Part shown: positions 1 through 9,159 of the stretch, piece by piece
How the letters are laid out: the number at the start of each line of letters is the position of its first letter
How positions within the stretch are numbered: the first letter of the stretch is position 1
Source: Thermoplasmata archaeon
Lineage (GTDB): Archaea; Thermoplasmatota; Thermoplasmata; RBG-16-68-12; JAFNFQ01
DNA length: 64,000 bases
Assembly: GCA_041489255.1 (NCBI GenBank)
Contig: JBGPQV010000013.1
Coordinates: 1-64,000, forward strand
Direction: 5' to 3'
Program-made: the position numbers and the translations under genes
The notes under the pieces: model-generated
Database searches by the model: none
What the model saw: only the letters and a program-made list of their open reading frames with translations
What the model was told of the DNA's origin: nothing

Positions 1-1
1 C

Positions 2-640
2 ACGTGCGGTATTTGCGGTTCCGGTCTTTGGGCGAACATCGCTGGCGGGGCGGCCATTGGCGCTGGACTGGGCGCCCTCGGCTACGCGGCGGACCGCGGC
101 ATAGAGTACCTGCAGACGGGGACGCTGGAGTGGGACTGGGGACAGTTCGGGCTCAGCGTGGGCATTGGCGCGTTGGCGGGGGCGGCGGGCGGGTACCTTC
201 GATTCCGGTCCCAGCACAAGGTCGTGACTCAGACAAACCAAGCACGGAGTGACATACTCGCCGAGGGTGGAGGCGGCCGCGGTGGTCCGACCCCAGGGCG
301 CATCGGTGCCGCAGGTGTGGAAGCGGTGGAAGAGCATCTGGAACGAAGCGGCCAGTCCATCTTGCGCGGCGGCGGAAGAGTTCGCGTGGACCTCCCTGGT
401 GGGGGAAAGCGCATCTACGATTCGCTCACGGGTGGTTTTATGCGCCGATCCAGCAATATCTTCCATGAAGTTAAGGCTGGATTTGTCAGCATGACTGACG
501 AAATCGCCTCGCAAATCGCAAAGGATTCTCTCAGGGTTGCCGCTGGCAATCGAGTCACTTGGCACTTCCTGGCAGGATCATCGGACGATGTCCTCGGCGC
601 CTTGCTTTCCGCAGGGGCAAGGGTGGTAAGATATGTCTGA
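2..640 (+). CDS. C-terminal part of a polymorphic (RHS-like) toxin with PD-(D/E)xK restriction-endonuclease-fold tip; 5' end lies outside the window
   Basis: Frame is open from base 2 (TCGICGSGLWANIAGGAAIGAGLGALGY...WDWGQFGLSVGIGALAGAAGG), a Gly/Ala-rich hydrophobic pre-toxin segment. It is followed by RIYD...HEVKAG...QIAKD...WHF, a REase-fold toxin pattern. Confidence 0.75.
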   Translation, partial: TCGICGSGLWANIAGGAAIGAGLGALGYAADRGIEYLQTGTLEWDWGQFGLSVGIGALAGAAGGYLRFRSQHKVVTQTNQARSDILAEGGGGRGGPTPGRIGAAGVEAVEEHLERSGQSILRGGGRVRVDLPGGGKRIYDSLTGGFMRRSSNIFHEVKAGFVSMTDEIASQIAKDSLRVAAGNRVTWHFLAGSSDDVLGALLSAGARVVRYV

Positions 641-1142
641 GCAGACAACGCCAGTCAGAGCTCGCAAGTACCACTTGAAAGAAGCAATCTACGACGTCGC
701 TCGCCCGGTACTTGAAAGCGCTGGTTTCACGCTGAGTTCAAAACACGGTGACCACATCTTCAGGAGAGATAGAAAGGACGGCTTGGAGGAAGCCGTCGCA
801 TTCTGCACAGGCAAGTACCGCAATGATGTGATTGTCGATATCGCTCTTGTACGGCCAGGGCGCAATCCGTTTGAAGCTTTTCCAATTACGCGTAGGAAGC
901 TCACTGAGGGGGACAGGCAGATCGGCGTCCGCGATCCCCTTGGACGGATCGTTCATGGAGACAGGTACTTCCAGGGACGTGATGGCTTCACTTGGGAAAC
1001 AAAAGAAGAACTCAAAGCCAAGGTCCGCGAGGTCGCCGAGTTCGTTCTCCGGCATGGTCCAGCATACTGGAACGAGATGGCGAGGCGCATGACGACGCCG
1101 CAAAAAGCGAGGAAAGCTGATACGACAGTCGAAGGAAGATAA
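633..1142 (+). CDS. Putative cognate immunity protein (DUF4304-like)
   Basis: 169 aa; start overlaps the toxin end by 8 nt; N-terminal 'VARPVLESAGF..FRR' resembles DUF4304-type proteins. Confidence 0.6.
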   Translation: MSEQTTPVRARKYHLKEAIYDVARPVLESAGFTLSSKHGDHIFRRDRKDGLEEAVAFCTGKYRNDVIVDIALVRPGRNPFEAFPITRRKLTEGDRQIGVRDPLGRIVHGDRYFQGRDGFTWETKEELKAKVREVAEFVLRHGPAYWNEMARRMTTPQKARKADTTVEGR

Positions 1143-1288
1143 ACTATAGGTATACATCGAGCGAATCTGGCAGTTGCGGACCGCTCCCATTCGCTCCGAC
1201 AGCCACGCCCCGCATTCGGGGCAGGCAAGCCTCCAGTTGCCTAAGCCGTCTCTCGGCAGGATGTCTGTGACAAGACTGTGTCCGCACT

Positions 1289-1564
1289 TTAGGCACCAAC
1301 GGACCTGCCGGCATCGCCCCTGTCGATAAAAATCATGATGCCGTTTTCGCGCAAGACCTGAAGTTGCTGACGGATTCTGACTCGGACGCGAAGGTTATTG
1401 GGATGCAGGGCGGATAGTTCGTCTTCCGATGCCTCGTAGAATTCCTGAAGGTTGAATGCGAGCTCAGTACTGCCCGTTTCCTCTTCCGGTGGCAGTGGCG
1501 GCGGCGCCTCCTCAACGGGTTCCAGCGCGACTGGTTCAGCGACCGGTTCGGGGGCGGGTCCGGG
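1289..1564 (-). pseudogene. Start-less fragment: Pro/Glu-rich linker plus DpnI/Dam-replacing-protein C-terminal winged-helix domain
   Basis: Manual translation: PGPAPEPVAEPVALEPVEEAPPPLPPEEETGSTELAFNLQEFYEASEDELSALHPNNLRVRVRIRQQLQVLRENGIMIFIDRG. HPxN..IRQQLQxLR.xG is the DpnI wH signature. In-frame stops lie immediately upstream and there is no ATG before the domain. Confidence 0.75.
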
Positions 1565-1592
1565 CTATCTTCAAAGTGAACGCGCGTCCTGT

Positions 1593-1724
1593 CCGGAACG
1601 AGCACTTGACGAAGATGGTACGAGCATGGTACGAGGGTGGTACGAGCGTGGAACGAACAACCATCGAATAATCATCGAACAGCACTCGAACAATGATCGA
1701 ACAACGGACGAACAACGCTCGAAT
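1593..1724 (+). repeat. Degenerate tandem array, 12 units of 11 bp with invariant CGA at positions 7-9
   Basis: ccggaaCGAgc/acttgaCGAag/atggtaCGAgc/atggtaCGAgg/gtggtaCGAgc/gtggaaCGAac/aaccatCGAat/aatcatCGAac/agcactCGAac/aatgatCGAac/aacggaCGAac/aacgctCGAat. Confidence 0.85.
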
Positions 1725-1734
1725 CGGAGCTCTC

Positions 1735-1760
1735 TCAAAGAATGTCATGATACTCTTTGA
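1735..1760. promoter_or_regulatory. 26-bp imperfect palindrome (possible protein-binding or recombination site)
   Basis: TCAAAGAatgTCATGAtacTCTTTGA matches its reverse complement at 22/26 positions. Confidence 0.5.
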
Positions 1761-1928
1761 CAGACAGGAAACGACATGGTGGCGAAGACAGAGCAATCTC
1801 GAATCACTCTTGAAGTATGCCAGAATCTTGGCGGCGGTATTGCGATATCCAGTCCGTGCCGGAAAGCAGGAGGCTGTCGAGTCGACTTCGACCAACTCCT
1901 TTTAAGGCTGTCTCCCCATTGCGGCACG

Positions 1929-3269
1929 ATGAACGTGGAGCAGGCGGTCCTCAGGCGGATCATGCCGAGCGAGGAGGAGGAGAAGCGGCTGAGGGTCGCG
2001 GTGTCCTCCGTCGTCGGCATGGTCACCAAGGCGATCAAGCGGTTGAAGCTCAGGGCGGAGCCCGTGCTCGTCGGCTCGGTCGCCAAGGGCACCTACCTCA
2101 CGCATCCAGACTTCGACGTCTTCGTTGCCTTCCCGCCAGAGACGACGAGGGAAGACCTGGAACGTCAGGGCCTGCAACTCGGCCAGTTCCTCAAGAACAA
2201 GAAGAAGATGTGGGCCGAGCACCCCTACACGCGCGGGACGCACATGGGGTTCGACGTGGAGATCGTCCCGTGCTACGCGGTCGTCTCCGCCGATCAGAAG
2301 ATGAGCGCCGTCGACAGGACGCCCTTCCACAACAAGTACGTCCTCGGAAAGATCAAGCCGGAGCAGAGGGACCAGGTCCGGCTCCTCAAGGCGTTCATGA
2401 AGGGCATCGGGGTCTACGGTGCGGAGTCGAAGGTCCAGGGTTTCTCTGGATACCTGGTGGAGCTCCTCGTCCTCAAGTACGGGTCATTCCAGGATGCTTT
2501 GATGGCGGTCACGAACTGGCAGGCGGGGAACGTGATCGCTCTGGACATGCTGCCCGCCAGGATATTCGACGAGCCTCTGATCGTCGTCGACCCCGTCGAC
2601 CCGAACAGAAACGTCGCCAGCGCCGTCTCGAGGCAGCAGATGGCGGTGTTCGTGCATGCGGCGAGAGAGTACCTGAAGAGGCCGGGAATCGAGTTCTTCT
2701 TCCCGAAGCCGCCGCCGAGGCCTTCCCGCCAAAAAGTCACGGACATGCTCAAGACGCGGGGGACGCACCTCATGGTCGTGACGGCGGCGGTGCCCAAGGT
2801 CACGGACGATGTCCTCTACCCCCAGACCCGCAAGGCGCTAAAGGCGTTCGAGGACCTCATTGCCCGCCACGACTTCAGCTTCATGAAGTCCGCGTTCGAT
2901 GTCGTCGGGGGACGCGCCCTGTTCATGTTCGAGATGGAGGTCTTCGAGCTGCCAGCGGCGAAGAAGCACATGGGGCCGCCAACCTGGGTCAAGAACTCTC
3001 TGGACTTCCAGGATAAGTGGCAGAAGTCGAAGGACGCATTCGCCCCGCCATACATCGAGGACGGGCTCTGGGCGGTTGACATCAAGCGCGGGCAGGTCAC
3101 CGCCGCCGATCTCGTCAAGGCAAAACTCGTGGAGATGAGCCTGGGCAAGGACCTCGACAAGACCGCAAGGAAGTCTCTTCAGGTGATGGTGGACGAAGCC
3201 GCTCTCAAGCCTTCTTTTCTTGGCCCAATCCTTGGTTTCATGGATAGAAGGTTCCCGTGGGAACGCTGA
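1929..3269 (+). CDS. cca: Archaeal (class I) CCA-adding enzyme
   Basis: VGSVAKGTYL..DFDVF NTase motif, EHPY, SAVDRTPFH, GVYGAE..GFSGYL, DPVDPNRNVA. Start moved to ATG 1929 because a TATA box (TTTTAA, 1900-1905) lies just upstream. Confidence 0.95.
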   Translation: MNVEQAVLRRIMPSEEEEKRLRVAVSSVVGMVTKAIKRLKLRAEPVLVGSVAKGTYLTHPDFDVFVAFPPETTREDLERQGLQLGQFLKNKKKMWAEHPYTRGTHMGFDVEIVPCYAVVSADQKMSAVDRTPFHNKYVLGKIKPEQRDQVRLLKAFMKGIGVYGAESKVQGFSGYLVELLVLKYGSFQDALMAVTNWQAGNVIALDMLPARIFDEPLIVVDPVDPNRNVASAVSRQQMAVFVHAAREYLKRPGIEFFFPKPPPRPSRQKVTDMLKTRGTHLMVVTAAVPKVTDDVLYPQTRKALKAFEDLIARHDFSFMKSAFDVVGGRALFMFEMEVFELPAAKKHMGPPTWVKNSLDFQDKWQKSKDAFAPPYIEDGLWAVDIKRGQVTAADLVKAKLVEMSLGKDLDKTARKSLQVMVDEAALKPSFLGPILGFMDRRFPWER

Positions 3270-3276
3270 CTTATCC

Positions 3277-3921
3277 TCATTTCCTCAGCGTGATTGTCAT
3301 CGAAGTCGTAAGCTCGTTGATATCTACTGCGGTGACCGTGACACTGAGCGTCGAGCCGGCGATGCCGGTTAGATTGAGTGACCAGAGGCCGCTCCCACCA
3401 TCCAGCGTCATCGCGGCTTGAGCCATTTCGTTGGTCTGTATCAGAACCCTGCTAATGCCCGCGTTGTCTGTCGCTTTGGCGGTTATCAATGCCCAATTTC
3501 TGCCATTGATGCTCACATCCACGGTGGGAGTGGCTGAGACACCATTGACGTAAACGAATAATCCTGGCGGCGTGACATCCGAGAACGGCACGTTCATCAC
3601 GAGCACCCAGATCGCGAGCCACGCGAAGAAGTAAGTCGACCCATAGCCGAACCAGTCCTTCCTCTCGAGCTTGCTGGTGTCTACGCCGAACATCTCCGGG
3701 ATGTACTTGAGGAGCAGGACGAGGGCTAACCCGGCGAAGAACGCCACGATGGCGATTCCCGCCAATGTCAGGAAGTACGAGATGACGGCGGCGACTATCG
3801 CGAGGAGGGCAACTAGGAGTATCATCTTGGCGCTGGTGATCTCCTTGCGGAGGAACTCCGTCTCGTTGAACTCAGGGAGCTGGAACTCCTCCTCCTCTTC
3901 CTTCCGGCGCTTCTTCGCCAT
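3277..3921 (-). CDS. Hypothetical membrane protein (about 3 TM helices plus C-terminal Ig-like domain)
   Basis: Likely start MAKKRRKEEEEEFQLPEF; hydrophobic helices; PFSDVTPP..ATDNAGI Ig-like tail. Confidence 0.75.
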   Translation of the reverse strand: MAKKRRKEEEEEFQLPEFNETEFLRKEITSAKMILLVALLAIVAAVISYFLTLAGIAIVAFFAGLALVLLLKYIPEMFGVDTSKLERKDWFGYGSTYFFAWLAIWVLVMNVPFSDVTPPGLFVYVNGVSATPTVDVSINGRNWALITAKATDNAGISRVLIQTNEMAQAAMTLDGGSGLWSLNLTGIAGSTLSVTVTAVDINELTTSMTITLRK

Positions 3922-3974
3922 CGGCGAATGATAGAGCGGGGCGGTTAAAACCCTTTGCGGCGAAGCACCTCGGT

Positions 3975-4709
3975 CTATCGGAACATGCCAGGCGCGGGTT
4001 CGGTCAGCGCAGGTTTGGCCTGAACCTTCAGCGAAGCGAGCTGTACCTCCAACTCCTTTGCCTCGGTAAGCAGCGGCTCCAGGTCTATCTCTATCTCGGG
4101 CAAGAGGTCGTCCACAGCCCTCACCAGCTTCGCAGCCGCAAGGGCATCGGGGAGATCGGGGCGGGCTTCCGCGAGGAGAGCGATCGTGTCGAAATTCGCC
4201 CACCTGCCCTCGTTGAGCAACACGCCTGACACTCCAGATATCATGCCGCTCTCAAGCTGTTGGATCTTCGCCTTGTCGAGGTCATCCCTGGCCCTGTCGG
4301 TGCTTCCGACGCCCCACACCTGGATGTCCTGCTCGTTCCCGCCTTCGGGGAGAGGCAAGCCTTCGAGGGAAATGATGCGCTTGCACTCGTGCTTCTTCGC
4401 CCAGTCGAGCAGGCAGCGCGCGACCTTCCTGTGGATCCGGCTCGGTATGGGCACCTCGCAGAGGAACGCGGCGAGCTTCTTCTCGTCGTGGGCGTAGACG
4501 CGAGCGGGGAATTTCGGCTTCTTCGCGTAGACCATGGATAGCGGCGGGAACTCCTCGTCGTCTATCGCGCAAATCTGGTCCATCTTCAGAGTCGAGATCA
4601 GGTACGTGCATGCTATCGTGCTGACCATCCCCACGGTCGGGAATCCCTCGACAACAGTCCCCCCTCTCAAGTCAACCTCGCGGAAAGTCCTCATGTCTAC
4701 CTTTTCCAA
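3975..4709 (-). CDS. PAC2-family proteasome assembly chaperone
   Basis: VVEGFPTVGMVSTIA, GMISGVSGVLL, PDALAAAKL, IDLEPLL; RBS-like AGGTGG before TTG. Confidence 0.9.
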   Translation of the reverse strand: MEKVDMRTFREVDLRGGTVVEGFPTVGMVSTIACTYLISTLKMDQICAIDDEEFPPLSMVYAKKPKFPARVYAHDEKKLAAFLCEVPIPSRIHRKVARCLLDWAKKHECKRIISLEGLPLPEGGNEQDIQVWGVGSTDRARDDLDKAKIQQLESGMISGVSGVLLNEGRWANFDTIALLAEARPDLPDALAAAKLVRAVDDLLPEIEIDLEPLLTEAKELEVQLASLKVQAKPALTEPAPGMFR

Positions 4710-4954
4710 GCGACCACCTTGGCGGGGTAACCATCAGGCCGTGTAAATATCTTGCCCGAGTCTAGCACGCACGGCGGGGCGCTTTCTCCCTGGATTTGAC
4801 CGGACTAGTTCGCATATACTCTCTTATAGGAGCCGACTTATACCGGCTCCCTAAGTGGCCAGTCCGCCTGCCTGAGCCAGAATGTTACGCTATGGCATGG
4901 GCGGGTCCATTCAGATGAGGTTGAACCGCAGAAATAGAGAGAGGAGAGGAGATT

Positions 4955-6355
4955 GTGAGATCCATGAAGGAAACAACGAAGAAGGCCAAAGACCAGCCGG
5001 TCCCGGCCAAGGTCAAGGGCCCCGTCAACACCGATGAACTTCTCGCGAAGGCAAAGATTCCCGGACAGCACGCGATGAAGCTTCACCCGTTCTACAGGGG
5101 GAAGATTGAAATCGTGCCGAAATGCGTCGTCCGGGATTTCAGCGACTTCGCAATCTGGTACACGCCAGGAGTCGCGGAGCCGTGCAAGGCCATCAAGGCG
5201 GACCCGAAGCAGGTCTGGGAGCACACGAACAAGGGGAACACCGTGGCGGTGGTCAGCGACGGGACGAGGGTGCTCGGTCTCGGCGACATCGGACCTGAGG
5301 CGGGCCTACCGGTCATGGAGGGCAAATCCTTGCTCTTCAAGTACCTGGGAGGTGTCGACTCGTTCCCGATTTGCCTTGACACCAAGGACCCCGAGCAGAT
5401 CATCCAGGCAGTCAAGTGGCTGCAGCCGTCCTTCGGAGGAATCAACCTCGAGGATATTTCACAGCCCAAGTGCTTCTACATACTCGACCGACTGAGGAAG
5501 GAGGCGCGCATACCTGTCTGGCACGACGACCAGCAGGGAACCGCCACGGTCGTGGTCGCCGGTGCGATGAACGCGATCAAGTGCGTTGGCAAGAAGATTC
5601 ACGAGGCCAAGATCGCGATGATAGGCGCAGGGGCGTCCAATATTGCAGGCCTCAGGGTCATGGTCGCGGCAGGATTCAATCCGAAGAACATCGTCATGAC
5701 AGACAGCAAGGGCATCCTGAACGTCCAGAGGAAGGAACTGCAGCAGGACTACAAGGAGAAGTGGTGGGCCGCGCAGATCACCAACGGAGAGGGTCTCTCC
5801 GGCGGCATCCCCGAGGCAATGAAGGGGGCCGACCTGACGCTGGCGGCGTCGAAGCCTGGTCCGGGCACGCTCAAGCCCGAATGGGTGAAGATGATGGCGA
5901 CCGACGCCATCGTGTTCCCGATAGCGAACCCGGTGCCCGAGATCTGGCCGTGGGAGGCGCACGAGGCCGGCGCGAGGATAGTCGCGACGGGCCGCTCTGA
6001 CTTCCCCAACCAGGTCAACAACAGCCTCGGGTTCCCCGGGATTTTCCGTGGAGTCCTTGATGTGAGGGCGTCGACGATCACCGACGAGATGTGCATCGCC
6101 GCGGCAAGGGAACTCGCGAAGACCGCCGAGGACAAGGGGCTGCGCGAGGACTACATAGTGCCGACGATGGACGAGTGGGAGGTGTACCCTAGAGAGGCCA
6201 CCGCTGTCGCCTTGAAGGCGATAGAGCAGGGCGTTGCACTCGTCAAGAAGTCCCGCCAGGAGATTTATGAGGGGGCAGAGAGGATGATCCGCCGGGCCAG
6301 GGAAGAGACAAAGTTCTTAATGGATGGCAAATTCATCCCGCCTGCTCCAGCGTGA
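4955..6355 (+). CDS. mae: NAD(P)-dependent malic enzyme
   Basis: WYTPGVAEPC, SDGTRVLGLGDIG, GGINLEDI, HDDQQGTA, GAGAS, ANPVPEI, TGRSDFPNQVNN. Start may be ATG 4964. Confidence 0.95.
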   Translation: MRSMKETTKKAKDQPVPAKVKGPVNTDELLAKAKIPGQHAMKLHPFYRGKIEIVPKCVVRDFSDFAIWYTPGVAEPCKAIKADPKQVWEHTNKGNTVAVVSDGTRVLGLGDIGPEAGLPVMEGKSLLFKYLGGVDSFPICLDTKDPEQIIQAVKWLQPSFGGINLEDISQPKCFYILDRLRKEARIPVWHDDQQGTATVVVAGAMNAIKCVGKKIHEAKIAMIGAGASNIAGLRVMVAAGFNPKNIVMTDSKGILNVQRKELQQDYKEKWWAAQITNGEGLSGGIPEAMKGADLTLAASKPGPGTLKPEWVKMMATDAIVFPIANPVPEIWPWEAHEAGARIVATGRSDFPNQVNNSLGFPGIFRGVLDVRASTITDEMCIAAARELAKTAEDKGLREDYIVPTMDEWEVYPREATAVALKAIEQGVALVKKSRQEIYEGAERMIRRAREETKFLMDGKFIPPAPA

Positions 6356-6391
6356 GGACACGCTTATTTGCACGACATAGGAGGCTAGGAA

Positions 6392-8167
6392 ATGGTTACG
6401 AACAAAGGTAGCGAGACGCATCCCTTATACGAGGTCGCGGACCCCGTGGAGGCGAAGAAGCCGAGTTTCAGACTGCAGCCCAACATGATCGACTACGCGG
6501 CGACGCGGAGGAAGTTCAGCTGGGCCGAGGTCGAGAAGGAGTTCTCCTGGTCAAAGACCGGGAAGGTCAACATGGCGTACGAGGCGATTGATCGCCACGC
6601 CGAGGGCTGGCGCAGGAACAAGGTCGCCCTGTACTACATCGACGACAACAGGTACGAGAAGTACACATTCCAGGAGATGAAGCTCCTCTCCAACAAGTTC
6701 GCGAACGTCCTGAGGAAGTACGGCATAGGCAAGGGAGAGAGGGTCTTCCTGTTCATGCCGAGGTCCCCTGAACTCTATCAGAGCTTCATGGGCATCCTCA
6801 AGGTCGGTGCGATCCCCGCGCCGCTGTTCGAGGCCTTCATGGCCGAGGCTGTGAAAGACAGGGTTTCCGACGCCGAGGGGATTGCGATCATCACGGTGCC
6901 GCACATGAAGGAGCGGATCCCTGTGAAGGACCTGCCCTCGCTCAAGCACATGTTCCTAGTCAACGCAAAGGGCCAGCCGACGAGCGGGATGGAGATTGAC
7001 TGGGACAAGGAGATGGAGGAGGCCTCGGACAAGCTCGACAAGATCGAATGGCTTGGCAGGGAGGACCCGCTCATACTCCACTACACGTCCGGCTCGACTG
7101 GCAAGCCCAAGGGCGTCGTCCACGTTCAGAACGCGATGCTCGGGCACCTGATGACTGCCAGATACATCCTGGACCTGCACGAGGAGGACATCTACTGGTG
7201 CACGTCCGACCCCGGCTGGGTCACTGGGACGTCCTACGGGATCTTCGGTCCCTGGCTCAACGGCGTCTCGAATGTCATCCGCGGCGGGAGGTTCGATCCG
7301 GAGTCATGGTATAAGACGATCCAGAAGCTGAAGATCACCGTCTGGTACAGCGCCCCGACCGCGTTCAGGATGCTGCTCGGCGCGGGCGTCGACCTGCCGA
7401 AGAAGTTCGACCTCTCCAGCCTGAGGTACGTCTGCTCCGTCGGCGAGCCGCTCAACCCGGAGGTCATCCGCTGGGGATGGAAGGCGCTCGACGGCCGCAC
7501 AATCCACGACAACTGGTGGATGACGGAGACCGGCCACCAGCTGATTGGCAACTACCCCTCGATGCAGGTGAGGCTGGGCTCAATGGGCAGGCCGTTCCCC
7601 GGCACCGAGGCGGCGATCCTAGACGATAACGGCAAACCTGTCGAACCCCTGCAGTTAGGCAACCTGTGCATCAAGAAGGGCTGGCCTGGAATGATGAGTC
7701 AGATCTGGAAGAACCCGGAGAAGTACAACTCCTACTTCAAGTTCGACCCCTACTTCATCACCGGCGACTCGGCCCACTACGACGAGGACGGCTACTTCTG
7801 GTTCCACGGCCGCATAGACGACGTCATCAAGACGAGCGGCGAGAGAGTCGGGCCGTTCGAGGTCGAGTCGAAGCTGCTCGAGCATCCAGCGGTCGCACAG
7901 GCCGGGGTCATAGGCAAGCCGGACCCGGTCCGCGGCGAAATCATAAAGGCCTTCATCGCCCTGAGGAAGGGCTACACGCCCTCCGACGAGCTCAAGAAGG
8001 AGATCATGGACTTCGTCAAGAAGAACCTCGCGGCGCACATGGTCCCGAGGGAGATTGAGTTCAAGGCGGACCTGCCGAGGACGCGCAGCGGGAAGATCAT
8101 GAGGCGAGTCCTGAAGGCCTGGGAGCTCGGGCTGCCGACGGGAGACCTGTCGACGCTGGAAGAGTAG
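6392..8167 (+). CDS. acsA: Acetate--CoA ligase (AMP-forming)
   Basis: YTSGSTGKPKG, SVGEPLNP, DNWWMTETG, GRIDDVI, LPRTRSGKIMRR. Confidence 0.95.
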   Translation: MVTNKGSETHPLYEVADPVEAKKPSFRLQPNMIDYAATRRKFSWAEVEKEFSWSKTGKVNMAYEAIDRHAEGWRRNKVALYYIDDNRYEKYTFQEMKLLSNKFANVLRKYGIGKGERVFLFMPRSPELYQSFMGILKVGAIPAPLFEAFMAEAVKDRVSDAEGIAIITVPHMKERIPVKDLPSLKHMFLVNAKGQPTSGMEIDWDKEMEEASDKLDKIEWLGREDPLILHYTSGSTGKPKGVVHVQNAMLGHLMTARYILDLHEEDIYWCTSDPGWVTGTSYGIFGPWLNGVSNVIRGGRFDPESWYKTIQKLKITVWYSAPTAFRMLLGAGVDLPKKFDLSSLRYVCSVGEPLNPEVIRWGWKALDGRTIHDNWWMTETGHQLIGNYPSMQVRLGSMGRPFPGTEAAILDDNGKPVEPLQLGNLCIKKGWPGMMSQIWKNPEKYNSYFKFDPYFITGDSAHYDEDGYFWFHGRIDDVIKTSGERVGPFEVESKLLEHPAVAQAGVIGKPDPVRGEIIKAFIALRKGYTPSDELKKEIMDFVKKNLAAHMVPREIEFKADLPRTRSGKIMRRVLKAWELGLPTGDLSTLEE

Positions 8168-8258
8168 GCGTCTCCGCCAAACCCCTCCATGGTCAGTGAC
8201 TCCCCCAAGATGGCGCAAACATACTACCGGTGCTGATATCTTCAGACAATCTAGTCGT

Positions 8259-9149
8259 TCAGTCATCCACGAGCAGCCGGTTCGCCTTCACATAGGATCT
8301 GAGGAACCACATGACGAAGATCCCTTCGAGCCCCTTAGTCTGCGCGCGCTCCAGGGCGGCGTAGTATCGGGCTCTTCCGACGTAAGGTATGTTGAACATC
8401 GGGTAGTCGTGGCGGTGAAGAACGAAGTTCATCAGGAGCCGGGCGATGCGACCGTTCCCGTCCGTGAAGGGGTGGATCGTCACGAACCTCAGATGCACGA
8501 GCGCGGCGAGTCCAACAGGATGCATGCGATTCCGATTGCGTGCATACCAGCGGAAGAAGTCCCTGAGCAGGGGATACACCTCGACGGGAGATGGCGGCAC
8601 AAAGCCGCTGCCCGAGATGGCCACCTGATGCTGCCTGATTTTCCCCGCGATGTCCGGTTTCGAGTCGCGGAACAGGGCATGATGCCATTTGAGAATCAAA
8701 GTGAGTGACAGTTCACGAGGTTCGCGCAGCACAGCATGGAACAGATTGCGGTGGGCCTCCGCCTCCTTAAGGTCGACCAGCGGACGGTTGGGCGGTGTGA
8801 GTCCTCGCTCGAGGACATCGGCGGTTTCCCGGAGGGATAGCGTGGAGCCTTCGATGCGCTGAGTGTTGTACGTGAAGAGCGTGGCGAAATTTGACAAGCT
8901 TCGCTCTCTTCCAGATGGCGGTGTGCGCCGTTGCTCCGCTTCATGTCCCTTCTTGATGTCCTCGAGTAAAGGATGCCACTTCTCGCGATAGATTTCATCC
9001 ATGAATGAGCGCTTCCGCATCTCCAGATTCTTCGGGATATTCTTCCCAAGGTATAGCTCGCGCTTGGAAACACGGCCGTCAATCCGCATGGAGTGCTCCA
9101 AGTAGTAATACTTCCGACCGTCAATCACGCGCGCTCTGACTGTGGGCAT
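8259..9149 (-). CDS. Fic family protein
   Basis: Canonical HPFTDGNGRIAR motif; TYNTQRIEGST inhibitory-helix-like segment; N-terminal KYYYLEHS. Confidence 0.92.
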   Translation of the reverse strand: MPTVRARVIDGRKYYYLEHSMRIDGRVSKRELYLGKNIPKNLEMRKRSFMDEIYREKWHPLLEDIKKGHEAEQRRTPPSGRERSLSNFATLFTYNTQRIEGSTLSLRETADVLERGLTPPNRPLVDLKEAEAHRNLFHAVLREPRELSLTLILKWHHALFRDSKPDIAGKIRQHQVAISGSGFVPPSPVEVYPLLRDFFRWYARNRNRMHPVGLAALVHLRFVTIHPFTDGNGRIARLLMNFVLHRHDYPMFNIPYVGRARYYAALERAQTKGLEGIFVMWFLRSYVKANRLLVDD

Positions 9150-9159
9150 GAAATCTTCA

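Noticed and set aside
1565-1573. Pyrrolysine/selenocysteine read-through restoring the DpnI-like ORF
   Set aside because: TAG and TGA occur within three codons of each other and no convincing coding frame continues upstream.
1593-1724. 11-bp array as a CRISPR array
   Set aside because: Units are too short, there are no unique spacers, and no cas genes are present.
1776-1928. N-terminal extension of the CCA enzyme in the ORF track (similar extensions at 15068, 40489, 52859, 57942, 60196)
   Set aside because: Homology, TATA/RBS position and overlaps favour the downstream starts.
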